A stretch of DNA of 64,000 bases, from assembly GCF_009914755.1 (NCBI RefSeq), contig NC_060942.1. The stretch is one strand, 5' to 3'. Below are positions 39,447 to 52,695 of this stretch, piece after piece. The notes beneath the pieces were generated by a model. The model ran no database searches. It saw only the letters and a program-made list of their open reading frames with translations, and was not told where the DNA came from. A program made the position numbers and the translations under genes. Source of the stretch: the human T2T-CHM13v2.0 reference genome, Homo sapiens. How positions within the stretch are numbered: the first letter of the stretch is position 1; each line of letters starts with the position of its first letter.

Positions 39447-42227
39447 GTCAGATGTTCAAGTATAGACGAGTCATCTTGCCCATTTCCCACTCATTTTTCT
39501 CAGCTCTGTTTCCCCTCTACATTTCCTCCTTTGCTTAAGGCCTGTTTACAATGTTTCAGACCCTTGGTACAGACCTTTGCTCGTATTAAATTAAGTGACA
39601 TGCTTGGCCTCTTCTGTGTGCACATTTATATCCATGCATTAAGTACAACTCCACTGCATGTTTTCATTGTGTGTTTGGTCTGTTGGTATGTTTCTTTCTA
39701 GACTAATGTTATATAGAAATGAAATTTGCTGGACTTGAAATAGCAATAACATCAAACAGGGTTTCCAACAAAATACATAAAGATATATTCCTAGTTTTCC
39801 AAATTAGTCTAAAATGGTATTCAGATTTGAGGGTGCAAGAGATTTATTTTTTACCTTGCCTGGTCTAGTTTGCACATACATTTAGCTATACACAATCTTG
39901 GCTGCCAGTAGTATTAAACGAAGCCCCCCAAAGGTGTTTAGGGTGGCAGTGTTCTAACAGCTTTGTGTGTATGTACAATAGTTGCAGAGCTGATTGCATT
40001 CCTTATAGATCCTTGTTTCAAAGCATAGTGTTTATATAAATCATGCAGTGGCATATCTGCAAGTCAAATGCTTTGAATAATTTAGGAAAGTTTAGAAAAA
40101 TTGAATGGCTTAGAGTCATGGAGTTGAACTGTGCTTCCTTATACCAAGAGAAGTGAGCTTGTTCACTCTTCCCTCTAAAGCCTTATAGACATCTCTATAC
40201 ATTCATATAGGAAAAGAGTCCAGTAAATTACTTCAGATTGAAGGTGAGTAGTTAGTGAACTCCAAAAGACAAACTTTTTTGCTTCAGCAAAGGCAAGTCA
40301 TTGTCAAGATTTCTAACATGATTACCTGAGCAGGACTCAAAATTCTGGTTTCAGAAGCACCTGCTTACAGTCTAGGCCTGATGAAAGCCAAGTAAGAAGC
40401 AGAAACTACTTTCTATATGATTTTCACTCCAGCAATTGTTTTTTGTGTGTGAAACTAGGCAATGTCCCCTAACATTTAAGAAAATGGTAAAGCTTAACTC
40501 ATGGTAGTAAATTACAAATGTTTAAGTTGTTCTGTGAACTTATTATTTTGGACAGTAAAGAAAACTAAGCCTCAGGAAAATTGTAGACTGATGTTATAAG
40601 GTAAAGAAATGTAAAATAATTCTATTTCCTTCTCCACTGGAATTCTGTACATATTTTCAGTTTTAAAGCTATCAATTTATTGACAGTTCTGTTGCCCTTG
40701 CCTGCAAGTTTCTTTTAAGAGTATTTCTTTTCCTGATTGAAGTTCTACTTGTTACAGACTCTTCCTGCTCCTGAACTTCTGAAGTGTTCTTCCCACAAGT
40801 AAAAGTATTTGAGGGACAGTGCCTTTCTTAATAAGTCCTCCCCTCTAAAACCTTGACCTTTCAGGACTGGCCTGTGGCACTCTGTGTAGGGTTAGGAGTC
40901 CATCTTGAAGGTTATTGGGATCCTTCAGCAACTCTGACCACCCATTGTGTCTGAGCTGGCCCCAGACTCATCAGTACATTGTTAAAAATGGGTTGTTCCC
41001 ACCTTCATAAAACAAGTACTTATGAAATATAATTCAGTAGTCCTTTTACCAAGCTTTACCTATAATCCACTAACTTCAGATGAAGCATGCTGTTTACTAG
41101 GAATGAAGTAAGCGAGGCTTCTGAATATAGTTTTCACTCTAAAACTCGCCTGATTCAGAAGATACTTCATAAAGCAGCCCCCGTCGTAAGGCATTTAGAC
41201 ACAGTGAGTGTCATTATTTTGGAGCTAGTCTGAAGGACACACACACAACTGCAGTGCATGGCTGCTATTCCTCCTAAGGGCTACAGGTGATCTACCTCAT
41301 TTACTTTGGTTTATTAGGGATTAAAATGATGGTGTATCAGAATAAGCCTCAAAAACCAGTAAAAAACTACTCTTGTTCTTTCTTCAGTATTTACTGCTGG
41401 TTTTAATGATGGTTAGTCTTACCCAGATAAATTCACACTCAAATAATATTTCTTTTGCATTTTCCATTTGCATCACCCATCAACTTCGATAGCAGTGACA
41501 CTGTCTTTTTTAAGGGATTTATTCATGAGTCATACTGCAAGCCTGAGACTTAATTCATTCAGTCATTTATTTGACATTTATTGAGCACCTTATGTGTGCC
41601 AGGTATGAATCGACCAACTCTTTTCAGGAGTTTTACTTTGTATGGTTGCCTAGACACCTTGGCATCAAGTACATTTGTATTAGTAACCCCAAAACCTACA
41701 TAAGTGCATACTCAGATGAGTGAAAAATTGGTATCATACTTATCATTTAGCAAAGCTAAGAAAAGACAGCAGTTTTATAACTGATGGGAACCAAAGGACC
41801 TGTATTTCAAACCGTTTCTCACTGTGGTAAACAGCCTAGGAAGTGGTCAGTGTGACAGCTCTGAACATTTTCTATCTGTGACCCATTCAACCGTTGTGTT
41901 TAATAGATCAATCCTGTCCCTTCCAGAAGCCAATAGAAGATATAGGAGGTATACATTCTGAAGTCTTCAGCCATTTTTTGTTCATTTTGTTCTAACTGTG
42001 CTGACATCTTGCCCCTAAAAATCCTATTTGATGCTATACTTGCACTGGGAAGCTTTTGTGAGATGATGAGTCCTTTGCCTTGCTGTCCCTGTTGTACTGG
42101 TACGTGGTGCTTGCTGGTTAGGTTTCCCTTGGTGTAGGTGGGCCCTCCCCTACTTGTCTACCACCAATGAAAACAAGAACCTTGGTGATCTGACCCCAGC
42201 ACCTAGGACTGTGCCAGGCATGATAGC

Positions 42228-42434
<207 letters not shown>

Positions 42435-43089
42435 CTAGGACATTTCATGAGCAGTCCTGTCATTGCACTAGGGAGTGTTGCTTAAACTTCTTGACCCCAA
42501 TCAATGATAAGAAATACATAACTACCCAGTACTGTATATACACATATACATACATGTACATTTAACTGTAATGAAAACTTTTAGAACCGTACTTCCAACA
42601 CTACTCACTGCAAACATAAGATATACCCTGATTTTTGTATTCTGTTCTACATTATTCTTTTTCATTTTTTTAAAAAAAATTCTGGTTGCTGCCTTCTAAA
42701 TTGATTTCATTTCCCGTTAATGAGTTGTCATCCACAATTTTTAAAAAAATGCTTTGCTAAGTTACTAACTAGATTTAGGAGATAGTAAAGGGGAGTGGAA
42801 TGTCTGATTGGAATGAAGGTTCTGTCTACCTCAGAAATCCTACTCTAAAGAGTACACACAGAGTAAGTTCTAGAAATTGGAAATGCCCCTAGTCTCTTTC
42901 TTCCTTTTATCTCGCGATTCACTGTTCATAATACAGAAATGATTTGGGAAGAAAGTAGAAAGCTATACATGGTAGGAATTTCTCTTTAAAAACTTTTTAT
43001 TTTTCACATATATCTAGGCTTTTTAAATTAAGATATCTTTGTTTATGATTTAATAACCCAGCCAACCCTGACATGCTGTGGAGAATGCT

Positions 43090-43101
43090 ATATGTGTGTG
43101 T

Positions 43102-43153
<52 letters not shown>
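43090..43153. repeat. (TG)(TA)n(T)n microsatellite
   Basis: Directly visible in the sequence. Confidence 0.9.
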
Positions 43154-43155
<2 letters not shown>

Positions 43156-46100
43156 ATCAGTAGACCTTTCCATTGCAAATAAAACAAATCCTAGGTGTTT
43201 CAACTCACAAAAGCATGAAACAGCATTGTCTGTCTGTCTTGTTCCCAGTGTAGCCCACAGGCACCCAGGAAGTGTTTCAAATTGTTTGCTGAATGACTGA
43301 ATGAATAACAGTTGATGACCTGTCTTACTAAATTTATTCCTAGGTATTGTATAGCTTTCATTTATTATTGTGAGTAAATTTTGATTGAGGGGAGGAATAT
43401 TTTGAAATTGGTTTATTTTGTCTTCTTTTGACTGATTTTATGTTACTTTATGCAAGATTGCAAAATATCTCTTTTTAATATGTATATATATATAAATTTA
43501 ATAAGCTTTTCCATTGCAAATAAAACAAACCAATGGTTTTTCAACCCACTTACAAAAGCATAATTTCGATCACCCATTTCTTTTGGCAAGAGCCATAAAA
43601 AGGTTGAATGTTAATTGATTTTCTAAGAGAATGACCCAGCCACTCCCACCAACATTATCTGTTTTCCTCCTACTCTGCTGACTGTCTGTCCATTTCTCTA
43701 CTTCCCACCAGTCAGATCCCATCTCACATCCTAAGTCCTCTTTATCTTCAGTAAACCGTGGCAGAGCTAAGATGTAGGTAGATAATGTCTGTCCTTCTGG
43801 GGACCCAAGGTTCTCTATTTGTAAGATGAAGATATAACTGATTGGATCTTAGCCACACTGAGTAGCAAGGAGGACAGTATATGGCTTGAAGATGGTGGGA
43901 TTGTTTACTGAACATTAGCTTAGTTAGTAGCAGTAACAGCAGGTACAAAGGTCCGGTGGTGTGATGAAGCATGGTCAGATATGAAGAATTGCAGAAAGGT
44001 CATCATGGCTGGAGAGCAGAGAGCGAAAAGGATGTGTGGGGTGAGCAGTAAGGTGATACAGGCAGAGCAAGGCCAACTGTGACCGTGTACCTTACATTAA
44101 GGACTTTGGTCTTGATCCCAGGAGGAGTGGGAAGCAATTGGAGTGTTTTAGGAGAGACAGAAAGGATCAGTTTTGCACTGTGTACTCCAAGCCACACTAG
44201 AAACATTGGAGAAGAGATGAAAAAGGCCAAAAGACCAAAAGTAAAACTATAAGAAATGGAAGACTGTCCAACACACTGGAAAAAAAAGAACAGAGTAAGT
44301 AGATGTGAATAGAAGAGGTAAAAGCCAGGAATTAATACAGTAAGTACTGGTCATGGGGAATGGATCAGCTGCAGCCAGCATGGAGGAGCACATGCTAGGG
44401 AACTTAAGGGACAGGGTCAGCCATATCAAAGGAATGCTTAGAATCCCTTCCAGGGGCCATATTTTATATATCTTTAAACTTTCCTCAGCCTGCCACTCAG
44501 TGCTTGGCACATGAACGGCACTCAGAGTCCAGCTGTATTGTTTTTTTTTTTTTTTTTTTTGATGGGATGAAGTTATTTGTAAAAGATAAAATTCCCTTGA
44601 AGGGTGAACTAATTTTCACACTGCTTTTTAAAAAAAATAACATCCTTGCCACAGTGGCACTTCCACCTGTGACTGCAGTCAGAGTGAATGTGGTTTCAGG
44701 AGGGGCAACTGGACCAAGAGCTACACAGACCCCCTCCAGTTAGCCTTCCTTCAGACGGTGCATACAGTTTAGCTCTGACAGAAACCAAAGTTGCAGCTTT
44801 CTGTCCCTGAAATATGTAGCTTTAGGGAGCTGTCCTGTGAGCACTATCCTCTACTACTAGAGAAGCTATCATTCATTCATTCATTCATTCACTCATTCAT
44901 TGTTTCCATCGATGCGCTTTCACCCCCTAGGAGAGCTGGCCCTACCATGAGCTCTACATAAGAGAGGAGGAACATTCATGGAAGTGTAGGGTATGCTCTT
45001 TGCTCTGCAGGAACTTATATTTAGTGCCTTTGTTAAGACCAACATAAACAGTTCAATAAATGCTCCACTTCCATAAGCTTACCAACACCTTGAACTATTT
45101 GTAATAGTGGTAAGTGGGTAATGAACTAAGTTAACATATACTCAGTTGCACTCGAAAACGTACTATCTCTATGATACCAGAGTCATTTTCAGTGTCAGAA
45201 GCTTCAATTTAACCTTTTGAGAGAATTTTGGATAAAAATTAAGGGAAGAAAATGCCTCCTTTAGATTTCTTTGTAAATAAAAGATGGCTAAACTCTTCAT
45301 TTAAGCAGATAACCAACTGATTGAAAGTAGTGGCTAACTTAAAACTACCATTTTCCAACTAACTAGGTATCTTACTTTTTGTCAAATGTAGTATTCTGTA
45401 AATATAAGATGATTAACAATTCACACACACTGTTGTGGGCATTTCATATTAAATGGCAGAGGGGGATATCAGTGCTATGTGTTTCAGCTACGGAAGTTAA
45501 TATAGAGGGTTGGTGTGAGGAGAATTTGAGATTTTTGAGATTTTCAGCATCTCTTTCAAGGGCTGCTTGAGGATTCTGAAATTTCCTTTCTGGCTAGAAA
45601 GAATGTAAAATGAGGGTAAAATTTTATTCTTTCTGCAATACCAGCTGACTGCATTTTAATGGGCTATAGTGTCACTGTTGATTTATTGCCCTTTTTGTTC
45701 TTTTATGTGTTATATTTGTCATTTTGCTGTGGCAGTTTCATCTATAAAACAGTATAGTTACAAGAAAATGGTGAGAGGATACAGGCATGCCATGAGGGAT
45801 GCTGTTGCTTTTTTCTTGTCATTATTTGGAATGGAATACTGAGTCAAATGTCAAGTATTTGATTTCAGAAACAATATATTTTAAAATCTCTATATTGCAC
45901 TGAAATAGTATTATTTTCCATTTGTATTATGTAAACTTAAGAATTTCTATGTAAAAGATTTTCAATGTATAAAAACAATTTAATTTTTTGATACCATTTT
46001 GTGGTTTTCTTTTCTATCAGCAGTGTGATGAAGGAAACCAAAACAATATTTTATACTGTCTTTTGTTTGCTTAAGGCATAGAGCTTTCTGGCTTGAATGG

Positions 46101-49100
46101 CATATATTGAAATTTCATATTTTAGGAAACCTAACTTTTAATTTTGACGTTAATTTGGTGTATTACGCATATCCAAAAAGAATACTGAAAAGAAAGTTTT
46201 GAGCTCAAAATTAGCCAAGAGTTTGGTAAAAGATACGAAATACTGTGAAAAAGAAAGTACTTTCAGTTTAAAAAACACTTGAAGATTTTTGCATGAAAGA
46301 TTTTATATTGATAGTGAAATTGTTCTTGCCTTTTTGATAAGGAAATATATTATTTCAATTTTTAAGAAAATTAAACCAGTTCATTCTTGATGTTAATAAA
46401 AATGAGAAAGGCTGAATGTTTTTTAAGTATTTATCAAAGCTGAATAACAATATCTGTGTCACTAGTTCTTTATCTTTACTCTGGTGACTAGCATGGAACT
46501 AGACACATAGTTGCTGTTCCCTGGCTGTACTGTTGATAGATACCAATTGTGATATTTTGATTTTCATCCATTTATTTATTTTAGGAAATTATTACTACAA
46601 TTTAAAGTATAAGGAATCAATATTCAGTCTAACAGTTTTCAGTCTAAAGATCCCAGTGATGTCCCTTAGCATCTGTAGGCAAATGGCTGTGTTGTACTGC
46701 TGTGTGATTAACGTTGTGGTTGACTTTGGATTTAGGCTCTCTTGTACATAAACACTTTTAGATTACTATTATTATAAAATACCTAGTATTTGTGAGAGTT
46801 CTTTGAAAATATTTATGGTTGTGTTCCAATATATTAGATCCATTCAGAATGGAAAGGAAGTCAGAATTTCCGTCATCATCATAAGACAGCAGGATGTAGA
46901 GGAGGCAACAGATCAAGAAAATATCAAGAATTAATTTAGAATAAATGATACCCCTTTTTGAAGAAAGGATTCTTGTTTTAAATACTTTCACCAACCTTGT
47001 CAAAAAATCAAGGGAGAAGTCAGGCTGGTGAATGGAAAGAGAAAAAGCACAGTCCTTAGAGGAGATGCACCTCATTTGCCCTTTCAGCAATATCAGTGTG
47101 AAACGTGTTCTTCCATGTCTCCAATGGGCTGAGAGTGAGGCCCAAAGTCTTTTAAAAGTTGTCTTCTAAGATTCTATCATGTTAAAAATATCACCTGCCT
47201 CCCCATTCTGCAACATGCACATACTACTTTTCTACTTTTAGGATTGCTGCTGTTGTTTTTAATGTGAAAGGATCTTGGATTTGGCGTTCATTTCTGATTA
47301 TTTCTCAAGTCATGGCTTTTCCAGCTTAGCTACCCTATATTCTTGAAATAACCTCTCTCTGTCTGGGGAGGTTGTCCTTAGGAAAAGGGGAGGAGAGGTC
47401 GCTCTCCATGGTGGAACTGTTGAGTGAGAGCCGTTGTCCAGCTGCTGTCCCATCTCAAATGCTTGTTGACTGGAAAGCCTGGGCTCCATGAAACCGCAAG
47501 GCCAAGCATGGTGCATCTTCTGGGAGCATCACTTTCCTTGATGATAAATAATGCAAAAACGTTTTTGTCAAAAATTGATGTATTGTGGAATGAAATGCAA
47601 CATTTGCATGCTTTATTAGAAAGATCAAAAGTCTTAAAAGAAAGATCGACAGTCTTAATAAAAATGTCAAGCTTGCAGTGGGCCACCTAAGATAAAGCTG
47701 AGCTTCCTGCTGGAATTTGTTCTCTCTCCTTCCCTTAATGGTACAGATGATAGGAAAGTGTACCTCAGGGGTAGACTCCAGATCATTTTCAAACCCACAT
47801 GGCCCACTTCATTGGCAGTTTTCTAACATGTTAGATAGGAATCTGGACTTAACAGTTCCCTAACTGTGATTTTAAAAGGGAAATTCACACAGGAACTCTG
47901 GAACCCAATGCACACAGTTTAGAAAGCATGTACACAGCAAGCAGTGGGTTCAAGTCCAGGCTTCTTGGGGAAATCTCTTGATCTCTCAACATCTCAGCTT
48001 CCATATCTGTAAAACAGGGAGAATACTATTTCTTTACCTCATAGTTAGTGGTGAGACATCGAGTGCAAAAATGCACGTAGAGTAGAGCACAAACCTGGCT
48101 CCAAGGGAAGGCAGTGGAAATAGCAGTTGCTGGTGCTTCTCATGTGGCTTTGTTGTTGTTACTCTAATATAGGATTGTTTTATGGCCCATGAGGCTTTCA
48201 AGATGACTCAGTAATTAATCCAGGCCACTGCCAGTCCCAAGTTGACACTGCAGCTCTTCAGAGACATTCAAAATTGAACTTCTGGGAAAATGAATGGATT
48301 TCTTGACAGTATGTAGGGTATTATTTACTTGAACACCATGTGGATGCTGTGGTCTCCAGGAGCACCGAAGCAAGAGAGGGACATTATTATTCTGTCACAT
48401 GTGAAGACCTGTGATGAGTCTCCCACTGATGATATTTTCCATTTACCTGTCTTTGGGATAAAAGCAGCATCAGCATGACCCAGGCTGTTACCTTGCTGTT
48501 GGCAATGATAAGCAATGCTGGTGTTGGTGATGCTGATGAATAAAGTTACTGCATTTTCAAATACAGCTATTTTATTTCAAGCAGTAATAGCCCAAAACAG
48601 AGCATAACCTATTTTATACTTCCCTGCCACCCAGCACACTGAATAGAACACCAGGCTCCCTTTCTTGGCCATTTGAGGTTCCTTTGTCCCTCAGCGTCCT
48701 TAGTTTAGATGAGGATGCCTTTCTTTGTGTTTATATTTCAACAGCATCAGTTCTCAAGAGAGCATGAGGGGATGCACTTTAATAGAACTCTATTATATGG
48801 ATTATAGATATCTTATGTAATAACCTTTTCAGACACTAAGTATGAAAGTAGACAAATATAAAGCTATTTGTAAGGGAATGAGAAGTCTTACTTAGAAGCA
48901 GGGCTTAGCCACGAATTTTCTTCAACATGCTGTTTTTCTGTTTAGAGGAATAAATAACTGTCTCTGAGAAACAATGTTTGAAAATAAACTTGGCACCTGC
49001 CTAGGAGTTAATAAATGGCATCTGCTTAGTATATCGATCAGTATCTCTGATGAGCTTTTCCATTTGCTCTAGTAAATATCCAAGCAATGCATCACTTTAG

Positions 49101-50026
49101 CAGTGTAACTGATGTTCAGTTTAATATGTGTAATTTACTTATTGGTGTTGCTAATGATGCAGTTATTAATTATGGCTTATTATTAATTATAACATAGTTT
49201 ATTCAAGTTGGAGCTCTTAGTCAAAACACATACTGGCATACCAACTTTTGTCTGAGATTTTGTGTAGGTGTTGTCCTTACAGTGATTTAATTTGGTATTT
49301 TTTACTCAGGATTTTATGTAATACCTCTTCACAGTAAACATGATAAACAAAAGTCTTTGTGATTGTAGTACCAATTCAGTGGGTTCTCCTTATATGTCTT
49401 TGAATAATTTCTTTAGATATTGGTATATGTTTATGTACAAATGCACACACGTGCACATAGGTAAAGACAGCATCAAAGTGAGTTGCATGTGTCTTTTAGC
49501 CAGTTTAGGGACTTAATAAAGGGAATTATTTATATTTCTGCCTTACTTCTATGAGTAACAAAGTCCGAAAATGCTCCCATGGTAGGATCATAGGACTGCA
49601 ATAGCCATTTTGTTAAATAAAATTACTTTTAATAGTTTGAATCCTACTAATTATCTTATTAGACATTTCTCTGTTTTTTACTTTCTGAAGAGCCCCAGAC
49701 CATTGTAATTAATATACAGCAGAAATTTTGGCTAGTTTAAAGACTTCTAAAACAAACTCCATATACAATCATGACAAATTACCTATATCTATTTAATCAT
49801 TGCAAGTATTGAGTTTATAACACTTTATTCTTGACAGATACTCACTTTGTGTCTCTCTGATATGTACCTAGTTAACGTTCTAGTCATTGTTGGATATATA
49901 TTTCACAGCGTTGAGTGCTGAAGATATAACGTTTTGCCACTAGTATTTATTTCCATGCTCTTACTTCCTGTTAGTCTCTTTTTATCATTGATGAAAGTTT
50001 GGCCAGCAAATTTTCTGGTAAGGATT

Positions 50027-50389
50027 TTGTCTTAGTCTGTTTTCTGCAGCTGTAACAGAATACCACAAATCAGGTCATTTATAAACAATAAAAATTTATT
50101 TGACTCATGGTTCTGGAGGCTGGGCAATCCAAGAGCATTTTGCTGGTATCTGGTAGGGTCATCTCATGAAAGAAGGCAGAAGCAAGCAAGAGAGACAGAG
50201 AGGAGAAATCAGACCAAACTCATCCTTTTATCAGAAACCCACTTCCACAATAATGACATTAATCCATTCATGAGAACTCTGACCTCATGACTTAATCATC
50301 TCTTAAGGACTCCACCTCTTAATACTGACTCTTACAATGGCAACTAAATTTGCAACATGAATTTTGCAGAGGACATTCAAACCACAGTA
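50027..50389 (-). mobile_element. MSTD/MLT1A-like MaLR solo LTR
   Basis: tgtcttagtctgttt...aacagaataccaca...ggttctggaggctggg...ccacctcttaatact...gacattcaaaccacag. Confidence 0.82.
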
Positions 50390-51979
50390 GACTCTCATCT
50401 GTCATCACCATACTAAGAAAAACCCTTCTTTTCTTCCTGGCCATCTCTTGGCATCCTCAGTGGAGCTCATGTTCAAACATCTTCCTTCTTTCTTAGCATG
50501 TGAGGGCCACAAAGATGAGTAAGACTACTTTTGTCTCAAGGAATTTATGTTTAGTGTATGACATAAAGATTTACCAAAATAACTGAACTTGAGTTTGAAA
50601 ATAGTTAAGTTCTGTGCAAGAGGGGACAAGCAAGGTGCTCTAGGAGTTCAGCAGGAGAGAGAATACTTTTCTGCAAAGCAATTAGGAGCAGTAGTTGGAA
50701 TGTGTGGCCTTTGAAGATGGATAGGATTTGAACCTACACAAATTGAGTAGGGAAAGCTCCTATGCAGCAGGAGCAAAGGCCTTGGGAAGGGAAATATTGA
50801 GGGTTTGGGGAAATTGGGCATTTCCGTTTGGTGTATTTCAGAAAGGAGGGTGGCATAATATTAGGAAAGGGGGTTGGAGTTAGCTCATGGAAGGCCTTTT
50901 GAAATAATCATTTAGAAGCTCTTGGATTTGATTTTGTTTTTTTAAATGAAAGAGTGACTTGATTGGAGCTATTATTTAGGAAGATCCATACGGCTGCACT
51001 ATGTCAAAGACACTGGCTAAGGTATCTACTTGGGAGTCAGGCATAAAAATCCAGAAGAGAAATAGATGGCAGTGAGAATAAAGAAAAAAATATGTAGCAT
51101 TTTTAGACTTGTTAGAGATTGGGAAGGACAGTAATAACTGACCTCTCTAGTGTCAGATGACAATTCTTTAACCCAAGGGCGGAATAAACCTCCTTTGTAA
51201 TTTATTCCAGTTTCATGGACTGAATACAACCAAAATTCATTTACTTGCTCTTTTACTGAATACTGACTACATTGTGCATAGACAGGGGAAAGCCTCTCTC
51301 AGCCTTTCTCTGTACAAACTTGAACTCCTGCTTTTACACTTATATGTTCAAAAATATTTTTCTCCATCTATACACAGACCACTCATGGTTATTGTTCTCT
51401 TTACAAATGCTTCTTGTGTCTTTTACAATATCCGTTCAGTAAAGACTTGTCAAATGCCCACCGTGTTAAAGAGACTGTTAATCACTAGACAGCAAAGGTG
51501 GTAAGAAATGATCTTTACTCTTGGGAAGCTCCGATGGCAGGTCACCTGCTTGCCTTCTCCTGCATTAGATAAATGACCCTAGTTCCTTTTATCCTTCTTC
51601 GTAGTCCTTCTTTTTTACCTCGTTGATCATTTGTGCTTCTTTTCTTTGATTCCTTTTCCTCATCCACATGATGACTAGTATATCATGCTCCAGGATTATG
51701 TGCATGCCATTACTCTCATACATTTCAGAATTGTATTGATCATATTACCAGATCTTTCTTTTCTGCACTTTGGCCAGGAAGTCCTTTCTCCTCTTGTTTT
51801 TCTTTCGGAATTATTAGTTCCTTATTGAATTGTTCATTCTTTCCTTTTTCATTCTTTCCTTTTTCATTCTTTTGTTAGGCCCTCCTCTTTACAACTGACC
51901 AAGATCACTTTTAACTTGAGTCTTGTATTCCATAGCATGAGCAATAACCACTTGAGTTTTCTGTATTATATTGGGGAAT

Positions 51980-52200
51980 GCTGTAGTGCAATGAAATAGG
52001 AGTCAGCTTCACAGTCAGACACCCTGGGTTCAGAGTATAGCACCATTCCTTCTCTTTCACTGACTTAGGACAAGCTGTTTATCTTGATGGCTTCTGTTGC
52101 TTCAGTTTCCTCATTTGTAAACTGGTATTAATTATACTTCATGGTATAATATTAAATAAAAATTATATAAGTTACCCAGCATATAAAGTAGGTCTTCAAA
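51980..52200 (+). mobile_element. MIR
   Basis: agtcagacaccctgggttc...ttcagtttcctcatttgtaaa matches the MIR core. Confidence 0.65.
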
Positions 52201-52544
52201 AAGATTAGTTTTCTTCCTTCCTATCTTATTTAGTAGCACCCAGGCAGTTGATCAATATACTTTAAATTCCTTTACAATTCAGAGTGTCTTCCAATCTCTA
52301 CATACTGGGGCTAGTCATAAATGAGGATTTGATTCCACCACGTTTGCCTCTTCATTGTATAAAAGGATCTTTTCAAATAGTGCAATCAATGATGGAAATT
52401 GGATCGCTGAGAAAGTAAGATATTATTATATTAGGAGATGTTTTAAGGATAACAACACAATTACATTTTTTTTCTCATTTTGCCATAGTCTGAAAAACTT
52501 CCCCACTCATACTTTGGAGCCATAGTTCTAGAGTTGGTTTTTTC

Positions 52545-52695
52545 TCCATGTTGTGTAGGGAATCCCCAAAAGTGTTACATAGATTCCTGGGTCCTACCTC
52601 AGACCTTTGATCCAGAATCCACGGGGAACCCAGCCATCTGCATGTTTCAAAGCTCTCCAAATGATTCTTCACCCAGCCTGAGTTTTAAACTTCCT
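52545..52695. mobile_element. MER5A-like hAT element
   Basis: agattcctgggtcctacctcagacc...atctgcatgtttcaaagctctccaaatgattct. Confidence 0.7.

Noticed and set aside
44868-44902. (TTCA)n repeat
   Set aside because: Explained as the antisense tail of an L2 element.
51835-51872. 15-bp tandem repeat (cattctttccttttt, about 2.5 copies)
   Set aside because: An ordinary slippage duplication in a pyrimidine tract.
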